Translations under genes and position numbers: made by a program
Shown: one piece after another, positions 38,351 through 46,945 of the stretch
Position numbering within the stretch: the first letter of the stretch is position 1
How the letters are laid out: every line of letters begins with the position of its first letter
The notes under the pieces: model-generated
Database searches by the model: none
What the model saw: the letters and a program-made list of their open reading frames with translations, nothing else
Told to the model about the DNA's origin: nothing
From: Candidatus Cloacimonadota bacterium
GTDB lineage: Bacteria; Cloacimonadota; Cloacimonadia; JGIOTU-2
DNA: 64,000 nucleotides
Direction: 5' to 3'
Assembly: GCA_049903315.1 (NCBI GenBank)
Contig: JBNGBT010000002.1
Location: 64,001-128,000, forward strand

Positions 38351-39493
38351 ATGTATAAATTATTAAAGAAAACTCTTCGTCTCACATTAAAACTTGTTGA
38401 AGGATTCATTGCAATATCAGGGAACATGCTATCTGCGAGTGGCAATCGAAGAGTCCAAATTGCACCAAGCTTTAAGATTGCACTCCTTATAAACTTTGGT
38501 ATTGGTAATGTTCTTATGGTTTCTCCGATGCTCAAAGCAATAAAAAATAAGTATCCTGATTCTGAAATAACAGTCATCGGCGAAAAATCATCATTACAAA
38601 TTATCAAATATAATCCGTACTGGGATAAATGCTTCTATATTTCTCGAAGTATGTTACAAAATATTTCTCTCTTTTCCAGATTAGATTGTGATGTATTTAT
38701 GTGTGCGTTTCCAAGTAATTCTTTCCGAACATCGGTGTTTGGATTATTATCATCAGCACCTATTCGGATCGGTTATGAATATCCGACATTATTTGGTTAC
38801 TCATCATTGTTCTTTACGCATCATCTTCCACGAATAAATGAACACATAGTGACTAAAAATATTGCTCTTCTTAAACTTCTTGATATTCGTGTGGATGTGG
38901 AAGACCAAATACCAAAGTATTATTTTAAGACCAATGATTCGACAGATTTCCTAGAGATGTTTTTCAAAAAGAAGAATATTTTCAGTAAAAAAATAGTCGC
39001 ATTTCATGTGGGAGCTTCGATAGGGGGTATTGGTAGAAGATGGTCTTTGGCAAAATTTGATGAATTGGCATTGTTGCTCGAAGAAATAGGATATACTGTA
39101 TTACTTCTTGTGGGACCGGATGAGACCACTCTGATACCTCACATTGAAGCTTTTAGTTCAGAATGTGTAATAGTGAACGGCCTTAACCTGGACCAAGTAT
39201 CATGCGTACTCGCAGAATGCGCTTTTATCATTTCCAATGATTCTGCATTGATGCATATTGCTGCTGCGGTTTCTACTCCTTCTGTAGGGATTTACGGCCC
39301 AACTGATCCTGCACTTTCATCTCCATATGGCATACAACATGAACCAGTTAGAGCACATATTGAGTGCAGCCCTTGCTATAGATCGGAAAACCCCCTCTCA
39401 TGTAAAATCGGGTATAAATGTATGGAAACTATTTCTGTTCAGAATGTGTTTACGGCTATAACAAAATTACAGGAAATTATTGCGAATTCATGA
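38351..39493 (+). CDS. Glycosyltransferase family 9 (heptosyltransferase-like)
   Basis: GIGNVLMVSP, RIGY, RRW, SNDSALMHIAAA, YGPT, CSPC..C; ATG at 38351 preferred. Confidence 0.85.
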   Translation: MYKLLKKTLRLTLKLVEGFIAISGNMLSASGNRRVQIAPSFKIALLINFGIGNVLMVSPMLKAIKNKYPDSEITVIGEKSSLQIIKYNPYWDKCFYISRSMLQNISLFSRLDCDVFMCAFPSNSFRTSVFGLLSSAPIRIGYEYPTLFGYSSLFFTHHLPRINEHIVTKNIALLKLLDIRVDVEDQIPKYYFKTNDSTDFLEMFFKKKNIFSKKIVAFHVGASIGGIGRRWSLAKFDELALLLEEIGYTVLLLVGPDETTLIPHIEAFSSECVIVNGLNLDQVSCVLAECAFIISNDSALMHIAAAVSTPSVGIYGPTDPALSSPYGIQHEPVRAHIECSPCYRSENPLSCKIGYKCMETISVQNVFTAITKLQEIIANS

Positions 39494-41013
39494 AAATTCA
39501 AGTTGGCATTCTCGGGAATCAGCACAGTTTCGAGCAAATCTTACGACAACATGGAATTCCTTATTCGATCCCAAATATGACTGAAATCCAGGATTTGAAT
39601 TCCTATCCTGTGATCATTGTCAATTCGCTCGAAGCATATTCAAAAAAAACGATTTTACATTACATTTCTACTGGAGGGACTGCATTAGTAAATACTACAG
39701 TTTATAAAATATTATTTCCATGCAAAACAAAAAAGAAGCAAATTTCATCTGTCATTGCTGGAGATTCAATATACAAGGATATTGGGCTGATTGATTTTTA
39801 CGATATATTCAACTTTCCTCAGGATAAAGAACTCATTACGCTTGATAGTGCATTACATATTTCTCAGAGAAAATACGGGGCAGGTTTTGTTATTAATTTT
39901 CCCTTTGATGTTGAGAAGCTGTTAAACAGTTATCAGTCAATGAGAAAAAAATTCCACGCTGAAAGAAATGAACTGCCTTCTGAAAGAGTATCTCGCGTTT
40001 CGAAAGGAAAAATAAGCCAAATCATCTATTCTACTATTGAGTACCTCTTTCATGCAAGGGATGTGCCATTTGTTCATGCATGGTATTATCCTGATGATTA
40101 TGAAGGTCTGTTTTCTTTTCGGGTTGATACAGATTTCTGCAATGCAGATGATGCATCCTCGTTGCTTTCAATATGTGAAAATAATGCGATACGGGGCACA
40201 TGGTTCGTTGATACGGAATCCAAAGAAATGTTGAATAATGTCTATGCACAGATGAAAGAGCAGGAAATTGCTCTTCATTGTGACAGGCACCTGGTTTTTA
40301 AAGATTACAAGCAGAATTTAACAAACATTGAGAGTGGACTATCAAAATTGCAGAAAGCTGGGATTACTGTTAAAGGGTTTGCTGCTCCTTTTGGGGAGTG
40401 GAATCCTGCTCTGAACAAAACTCTTAATGAATTAACATTGAATTATTCTTCCGAATTTGTGTATGATTTTGATGATTATCCCCTTTTCCCTGACGAGTCT
40501 CACGTTCTTCAAATTCCTATTCATCCAATAAGCATCGGCAGACTCCGCAGGTCACATTTTTCAGATGAAGAAATGGTCAATTATTTCAAGAAAGTGATCC
40601 TCAAGAAGAGAATTACATCTCAACCAATAATTCTTTATCATCATCCTCATCATCAAAGATTTGAAGTAATTGATGAAATATTTAAGTTCATTGCTCAATT
40701 TAATTTCTGGAAACCCACTATGTCTGAGTATTGCGAATGGTGCCGGGAGCGTAATGAGAGCTCAATAGAAGCACAGTTTGAAGATGACATTCTGAAAGTG
40801 AAGAATAATAATCCTAATCTTGCATTTCGAACTACTCAAAATATAAGATATTTCTCTATCATAAAATCAAATCAATCTATAAAATTAAGTGATATACAAT
40901 GGAAAGAAAAAAGTAGTATGTCCGTTCCTGCTGATATTAGCAGGACACGAAAATGGCATTGGCGGGATACATTATATAATTATGAAACCAGTAAAGCAAA
41001 GGCAGGAAAATGA
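39490..41013 (+). CDS. Polysaccharide deacetylase-like protein with N-terminal extension
   Basis: FSFRVDTD, TWFV, EIALHCDRH, GFAAPFGEWN, YSSEF, LYHHPHH; ATG at 39490 overlaps upstream TGA. Confidence 0.65.
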   Translation: MKIQVGILGNQHSFEQILRQHGIPYSIPNMTEIQDLNSYPVIIVNSLEAYSKKTILHYISTGGTALVNTTVYKILFPCKTKKKQISSVIAGDSIYKDIGLIDFYDIFNFPQDKELITLDSALHISQRKYGAGFVINFPFDVEKLLNSYQSMRKKFHAERNELPSERVSRVSKGKISQIIYSTIEYLFHARDVPFVHAWYYPDDYEGLFSFRVDTDFCNADDASSLLSICENNAIRGTWFVDTESKEMLNNVYAQMKEQEIALHCDRHLVFKDYKQNLTNIESGLSKLQKAGITVKGFAAPFGEWNPALNKTLNELTLNYSSEFVYDFDDYPLFPDESHVLQIPIHPISIGRLRRSHFSDEEMVNYFKKVILKKRITSQPIILYHHPHHQRFEVIDEIFKFIAQFNFWKPTMSEYCEWCRERNESSIEAQFEDDILKVKNNNPNLAFRTTQNIRYFSIIKSNQSIKLSDIQWKEKSSMSVPADISRTRKWHWRDTLYNYETSKAKAGK

Positions 41014-42047
41014 AAATATATTTAGCAAGCTATCAAACCTTGATGATCAATCGGGGAGGTCCCACCTATAAGATATTGTGTTTGAAAGATGATCTTGAAA
41101 AATTAGGTGTTGATGTTAATTTGTTCGATATGTGGGATTATGATATGAAGTTTACAGATGAAGACCTTGTGCATATTTTCAATGCTAATTTTCACACCTA
41201 CCCTTTAGCATATAATCTTGAACTCTATGGAGCACGATACGTTGTAAATCCGATTTTCTACAGCAACCATTCTGCACAGAAAATACATCTCTACAGGATG
41301 CTTGAAGCTCCTTTCAGAAAGGTATTTAAAAGATCTTATTCTGATTATTTTTTCACGAAATATGTCTGTGATAATGCAGAAAAGGTTTTACCGAATACTC
41401 TTGATGAGGGCAATCTCCTGTGCGGTGCTCTGGGCGTAAAAAGAGAAAAGATCGAAGTCATACACAATGGTGTTGAAGAGCGGTTTGCTCATGCCGATCC
41501 TTCTCTTTTTGAGAAAAAATACGGGATGAAAGATTTCATTTTGTATGTAGGCCATCTTGGACCGGTTCGCAAAAATGGGTTGAATATTATTCGGGCACTC
41601 CAGAAAATAGATCATCCGTCCGTAATAATTGCAGATATTCTCAACAATAAAGAAGGTGCAGCGTGCAGAGAGGAAATCGAAAAATCGAAGAATATTACTC
41701 ATATTAACTGGATCAAACATGATGATCCGCTTTTCGCGTCTGCATATGCTGCATGCCATACTTTCATTTTGCCCACCCGCTATGAAACACCCGGACGAGC
41801 TGCACTGGAAGCAGGACTTGCAGGTGCAAATGTGGTGATCACACCTTATGGTGGAACACGGGAATATTTCGAGCAATATGCAGAATATACCGAGCCATCT
41901 TCCATACATTCGATCATAAAAGTAACGGAGAAATCCCTGGAAAAAATGAAAAATTCTGCTCTGAAAGATCATATTTTAGAAAATTTTCTCTGGGATAAGA
42001 TTGCACAAAAGACGCTAAAAATGTATAAAAAAGTTCTTACTCAATGA
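41010..42047 (+). CDS. Glycosyltransferase family 4
   Basis: IHNGVE, YVGHL..RKN, ETPGRAALEAGLAG. Confidence 0.85.
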   Translation: MKIYLASYQTLMINRGGPTYKILCLKDDLEKLGVDVNLFDMWDYDMKFTDEDLVHIFNANFHTYPLAYNLELYGARYVVNPIFYSNHSAQKIHLYRMLEAPFRKVFKRSYSDYFFTKYVCDNAEKVLPNTLDEGNLLCGALGVKREKIEVIHNGVEERFAHADPSLFEKKYGMKDFILYVGHLGPVRKNGLNIIRALQKIDHPSVIIADILNNKEGAACREEIEKSKNITHINWIKHDDPLFASAYAACHTFILPTRYETPGRAALEAGLAGANVVITPYGGTREYFEQYAEYTEPSSIHSIIKVTEKSLEKMKNSALKDHILENFLWDKIAQKTLKMYKKVLTQ

Positions 42048-43501
42048 AAGAATATGTAGAAAAAATACTGCATTATACTGCAGGAAATCTATTGCAGAAA
42101 GTAATACTTTTGGTGCTTCTGCCGGTATTTACGCACTTTCTTGTCCCCCAGGAATATGCGGTGTACACAAATCTGGTAGTATTCATTTCTTTTGCCAGCT
42201 TGCTCTATTTTCTCGGGTTTCAGCAGACACTCTTTTCATATTTTTATCAAGAGAAAACTCCTGAATACCATTTTACCTTGATCAGTTCAATTTTTATAGT
42301 CATCATCGCTTTTGGTATTGTGCTATCACTTATCATCATCGGATTCCGAGTTGAACTTTCACAAATCATTCTTCGCACAACAGAATTTGCACACATCATG
42401 GTATGGGTAAGTGTTATATTATTCTTTGAGGTTATTTATGGGATGGTGCTCAGCGTTCTTAATATGATGGAGCTGTCAAAACAATATATTCTTGTCGGAA
42501 ATTTTAAACATATTCTGCTTTTTATTTTATTGGTTGGCGCAGCAATTGTATCTAAGTTTTCTTTGGAAACAATATTTATCTTGATGACTATCTCATCCGG
42601 ACTGGCTGCACTTGTTGCGGTTGCTGTGATGGGTTCAATTATGCAGAAGTTTGCTCAGCACATTGAGCGGAAGAAAATATTTTCGATCTCAGTCGTAAAA
42701 AAAATGCTCGCGTTCGGACTTGTCATGATACCTGGAACATTTGCAATGCTTATTCTGAAAGTATCCGATCGATATATGCTGACCTATCTTTCTGCACGAT
42801 CATTATACGATGTAGGAATCTATGCAATTGGGTATCGTGTCGGAATGATCATTACGTTTTTAAATTCAATTGTGAGTCTGGTATATTTCCCTTATGCAAT
42901 GAGAGTTGCTGATGTATCACATGCAAAGAAATCCTTTAAAAAAGTATTCAATGCATACGTAATATTTGGAGGAATACTGGGATTTTTTGTGATACTTTTC
43001 TCCCCGGAAATATTTAAGATTTTCATCAATAAATCATATCATGAAGCGGTTAAGATCGTATTTTTCGGAGTAATCTCTAATTATTTATATGGAATTTTTA
43101 ATATAATCAATCTGAGTTTTTATGTGAAAAAACGAGCTGGTAATATTGCGCTTGCAGTTGGTCTGGGAGCGATTCTTAATATCGTATTGAATTTTATATT
43201 GATTCCCAAATATGGAATTTATGGGGCAGGTATTGCTTCAATTCTTGCTTTCGGGCTCATTGTGGTTTTCAATTTCATTATCGCAGAAAAAACGTATCCA
43301 GTCGGATATAATTTTTTCTTTGTACTGATTCCTATCATCATTCTTGTACTGGTCGCAGCGGTTCCTTATTATGTTCAATATGAATTATACCAAACTTTTG
43401 TTAAGATAGCTTTATTATGTATTATGAGTATCTTTGCTTATTCACATTTCAAACGAACCGGAAAATTGTCCCAACTCCTTCATCAGTCGGAATCTGAATA
43501 A
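42044..43501 (+). CDS. Wzx-like oligosaccharide flippase
   Basis: LLPVFTHFL.P.EY, SDRYML, VGIYAIGYR, LNIVLNFILIPKYGIYGAGIA. Confidence 0.88.
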   Translation: MKEYVEKILHYTAGNLLQKVILLVLLPVFTHFLVPQEYAVYTNLVVFISFASLLYFLGFQQTLFSYFYQEKTPEYHFTLISSIFIVIIAFGIVLSLIIIGFRVELSQIILRTTEFAHIMVWVSVILFFEVIYGMVLSVLNMMELSKQYILVGNFKHILLFILLVGAAIVSKFSLETIFILMTISSGLAALVAVAVMGSIMQKFAQHIERKKIFSISVVKKMLAFGLVMIPGTFAMLILKVSDRYMLTYLSARSLYDVGIYAIGYRVGMIITFLNSIVSLVYFPYAMRVADVSHAKKSFKKVFNAYVIFGGILGFFVILFSPEIFKIFINKSYHEAVKIVFFGVISNYLYGIFNIINLSFYVKKRAGNIALAVGLGAILNIVLNFILIPKYGIYGAGIASILAFGLIVVFNFIIAEKTYPVGYNFFFVLIPIIILVLVAAVPYYVQYELYQTFVKIALLCIMSIFAYSHFKRTGKLSQLLHQSESE

Positions 43502-44784
43502 TGAAAAACTTGCTTTTCATCTCATATTTCTTCCCTCCGCTGGGCGGTCCCGGGGTGCAACGCTCGGTAAAATTCTGCAAATACCTTCCCGAATTTAGGT
43601 GGAATCCGATTGTGTTGACTGTGAAAGATATTGCTTACATTGCGTATGACAAAACTCTTGAATTTGATGTTTCAGCATTAGAAGTGCATCGTACTGGTTC
43701 AGCAGATATTATGCGATTACTCTATAAAATTGAGAAAGCAAAATCCTCGAGTGTTGATCAAGCGCTCTACACTAAAACGCCAAACCAGAGAAAGCAATTT
43801 TTTCGTGATATATTTCCAATTGATTCGAAAATAGGATGGATCCCTTTTGCGGTTCATGAGGGTAGGAAAATATGCAGAACTCAGAAGATTGATGCGATTT
43901 ATTCTTCTGTCGGACCATTTTCTTCAGCAATGGTCGGTTATAAATTATCAAAGATATTCAACATTCCCCTTATTGTAGATTATAGAGACCTTTTTAGAGG
44001 AAAGCCCGATGAAAGCTACTTTTCCTCCTTCCATGAAAGATATGCATACAAATGGGAGAAAAAAGTGCTCGAAAGAGCGAGTGCTGTCATTATCAACACT
44101 CATCGTGCTCAAGAAAAAATACAGCACATATTTCCTCAAATCGTTAAGCAGAAATTCTCAGTTATCTATAACGGATATGACGAGGAAGATTTTAAAATTA
44201 ATCATAGAATCGACTCTTCCGAAATAATCTTCACATACACAGGGGGATTTTATGGAGAGCGGACACCAAAATATTTTTTGCAAGCAATAGTAGAATTGAA
44301 GGATTCACGGCAACTTCCAGAAAATGTAAAATTTCAATTTGTAGGTAATATTCCTGAGCAAATCCGCAGATTGTTTCATAGATCAGGCATTTTGAAGTAT
44401 GTAATACTTAAGCAACAGGTTTCGCACATAGAATCAGTAAAATGCCTTATACAGAGTGATTTTCTGATGCTGTTTATTGCAAAACGAGATGGTGAAATAG
44501 TAATTCCTGCGAAGCTTTTTGAATATCTTGCAGCTCGCAAACCAATCCTGGCGATGATTCCGAAACATGGCGAAGCCGGACAAATAATCGAGAAATTCTC
44601 CGCAGGTTTGATATGTGAACCTGATGATATTCACAAAATCAAAGAATATATACTTGAAATGATAAAATACAAACAGCTTGGGATCACAAATGAAGTTTTT
44701 CCAATAAAAAAAAATAATTATTCGCCTTACGAGCGCAGGAATTTGACGAAAAAGCTTGTAAACGGTCTGCACAAATTAGTATGA
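43501..44784 (+). CDS. Glycosyltransferase family 4
   Basis: SYFFPPLGGPGVQR..KF.KYL, DYRD, YNGYD, YTGGFYGER, PAKLFEYL. Confidence 0.87.
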   Translation: MKNLLFISYFFPPLGGPGVQRSVKFCKYLPEFRWNPIVLTVKDIAYIAYDKTLEFDVSALEVHRTGSADIMRLLYKIEKAKSSSVDQALYTKTPNQRKQFFRDIFPIDSKIGWIPFAVHEGRKICRTQKIDAIYSSVGPFSSAMVGYKLSKIFNIPLIVDYRDLFRGKPDESYFSSFHERYAYKWEKKVLERASAVIINTHRAQEKIQHIFPQIVKQKFSVIYNGYDEEDFKINHRIDSSEIIFTYTGGFYGERTPKYFLQAIVELKDSRQLPENVKFQFVGNIPEQIRRLFHRSGILKYVILKQQVSHIESVKCLIQSDFLMLFIAKRDGEIVIPAKLFEYLAARKPILAMIPKHGEAGQIIEKFSAGLICEPDDIHKIKEYILEMIKYKQLGITNEVFPIKKNNYSPYERRNLTKKLVNGLHKLV

Positions 44785-45914
44785 GAAAAAAAAAGATCTG
44801 TCACGTTCAATTGTTACCACTACTGTCAGGCGTTCAGAATATGATGATCAGTCTACTGGACCATCTTGATAGAAATAAATATGATATTACTGTCGTTTCT
44901 GCCCCGGATGGACCAATGATTACTAGTTTGCAAGAGATGGGCATCAGGCATGTTGCTTTTCCGAAACTAATTCAGAAAATAAATTTTTATGACATGCTTA
45001 TATTCATTCAATTCTATAAATTTTTCAGAAGAGAGCGATTTGATATAGTGCACACCCACTCATCAAAAACCGGTTTTATGGGACGTATTGCTGCAAAGCT
45101 AGCAGGTGTCAAAATCGTTATCCATACAATACATGGATTTCCTTTTCATCCGTACCAATCAGAAATTATAAGAAATTTTTATCAAAACCTGGAAAGGATC
45201 GCTGGTTTTTTCTGCGATAAAGCAGTGTCTGTAAATTCATTTGAAAGGGAACTCGCAATCCAAAAACATCTTATTAATAAAAGAAAAATAGTTTCGATCT
45301 ACAATGGAATTCAAGATTTAGTATCACAAAATCCAATTCGGCGAAAGGAATTAGGAGTCGATAAGAACATGATAATTGTAGGCTCAGTAAGCAGGTTTTC
45401 CGAACAAAAAAATATTATAAATCTGATAAAAGTCGCGATCAATATTGTTAAAGTCGAGCAGAATATCACATGTATCTTCATCGGAGATGGAGAATATTTC
45501 AACCATGCATTGCAGCTTGTGAAATCAGCTGGAGCAGAACGTAATATCCTATTAGTAGGCTGGAAATCAAATGTCCCGGATTGGTATGAACTCTTCGATA
45601 TAGTTGTCCTCTACTCAAAATGGGAAGGACTTTCCTTGACGATTCTCGAAGCGATGAGCATGAAGAAACCTGTTATTGCATCAGATATAAAAGGGAATAA
45701 TGAATTGATAATTGATGGGGAAAATGGGTATCTAGTAAAAATAGATGACCATAAAGATTTGACAAAAAAAATTCTCTCCTTATCAAAAGACTCGCTGAAG
45801 CAAAAAAAATTCGGAGAAGCGGGTTATAAGATATTTTTAGAAAATTATACGATTGATAGGTTCGTGGGATCCTATAAAGAACTATATCAAAAATTAATTA
45901 AAAAAAAGTTATGA
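44781..45914 (+). CDS. Glycosyltransferase family 4
   Basis: VHTHSSK.G..GR, HTIHG, EGLSLTILEAM..KPVIASDIKG. Confidence 0.9.
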   Translation: MRKKKICHVQLLPLLSGVQNMMISLLDHLDRNKYDITVVSAPDGPMITSLQEMGIRHVAFPKLIQKINFYDMLIFIQFYKFFRRERFDIVHTHSSKTGFMGRIAAKLAGVKIVIHTIHGFPFHPYQSEIIRNFYQNLERIAGFFCDKAVSVNSFERELAIQKHLINKRKIVSIYNGIQDLVSQNPIRRKELGVDKNMIIVGSVSRFSEQKNIINLIKVAINIVKVEQNITCIFIGDGEYFNHALQLVKSAGAERNILLVGWKSNVPDWYELFDIVVLYSKWEGLSLTILEAMSMKKPVIASDIKGNNELIIDGENGYLVKIDDHKDLTKKILSLSKDSLKQKKFGEAGYKIFLENYTIDRFVGSYKELYQKLIKKKL

Positions 45915-46945
45915 TTAATATATATATTGCGCTTGGATCAATGCTGCTTGTGTGTCTTCTGGTGCCAGCGAACATCTGGCTGTCTAAGAAATGCGGAAAT
46001 GTTGATCATCCAAGGGATAGAAGTATCCATGAAATGCCCACTCCCAACAGCGGAGGGATAGCTTTATTTCTCGCTATCGTTATCACCCAAGTTATTTTGA
46101 TAGTACTCCGGTACCAGGAAGCAAATAACCTGCTATACGGTTTGCTGTTAGGCGGCTTTCTCATTGTTGTTCTTGGTCTTCTTGATGATATTTACAATCT
46201 TCCTGCGTGGTTAAAAGTACTGGTGGAGATAGGCATAGCTCTTCTTATGATATCTTTCAACTTTAAGATTGACCTGCTTACCAATCCTTTTGGCAACCCA
46301 ATCCAGACAGGTGCTTTTTCCTATCCTTTAACAATTTGCTGGTTTCTTCTTGTCATAAATGCAATAAACTTAATTGATGGTCTTGATGGGCTTGCTGCTG
46401 GAATTATTGGGATCGTGTCTCTCATTTTAGGTATTGCAAGCTGGAGTACAGGAAATTATTTTATTACTCTTTTCAATTTTTCCATTTTAGGGAGTTGCAT
46501 TGGATTTTTAAGATTCAATTTTCATCCTGCAAAGATATTTCTCGGTGATGCGGGCGCTCTATTTTTGGGCTTTTGCATAGCAGCCCTGTCAATTGCGGGG
46601 AATGCTCAATACAAAGGAGCGACAGCTCTCACAATGCTTGTTCCGATAATTGTACTTTCTGTTCCACTCCTTGATACGGTGTTTACAATATTAAGGCGGA
46701 TCAAATCGACCAAGCATATTTTCCGGGCGGATAAAAACCATCTTCATCATAAGCTTCTTGAGATAGGATTGAGTTATAAAACTGTTGTGTTAATTGGATA
46801 TTTTATTACACTCCTGTTCGGGCTTATCTCTCTTGGTTTCCTATTAGTTGACAGGAAAATCCTCCTCAGTCTGTTGCTTGGTATGGGTATTTTAATATTC
46901 ATAATTTTTTATAATATAATAAAAAGCGAGTTTATAAAAAAATGA
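45911..46945 (+). CDS. Undecaprenyl-phosphate GlcNAc-1-phosphate transferase (WecA/TagO, MraY family)
   Basis: VDHP..R.IH..PTP..GG, GLLDD, NAINLIDGLDGLA, FNFHPAKIFLGDAG, HLHH. Confidence 0.92.
   Translation: MINIYIALGSMLLVCLLVPANIWLSKKCGNVDHPRDRSIHEMPTPNSGGIALFLAIVITQVILIVLRYQEANNLLYGLLLGGFLIVVLGLLDDIYNLPAWLKVLVEIGIALLMISFNFKIDLLTNPFGNPIQTGAFSYPLTICWFLLVINAINLIDGLDGLAAGIIGIVSLILGIASWSTGNYFITLFNFSILGSCIGFLRFNFHPAKIFLGDAGALFLGFCIAALSIAGNAQYKGATALTMLVPIIVLSVPLLDTVFTILRRIKSTKHIFRADKNHLHHKLLEIGLSYKTVVLIGYFITLLFGLISLGFLLVDRKILLSLLLGMGILIFIIFYNIIKSEFIKK

Noticed and set aside
38341..38353. UGA read-through joining the radical SAM and GT9 genes
   Set aside because: The two ORFs are in different frames, and no Cys/Sec motif or SECIS-like hairpin is present.
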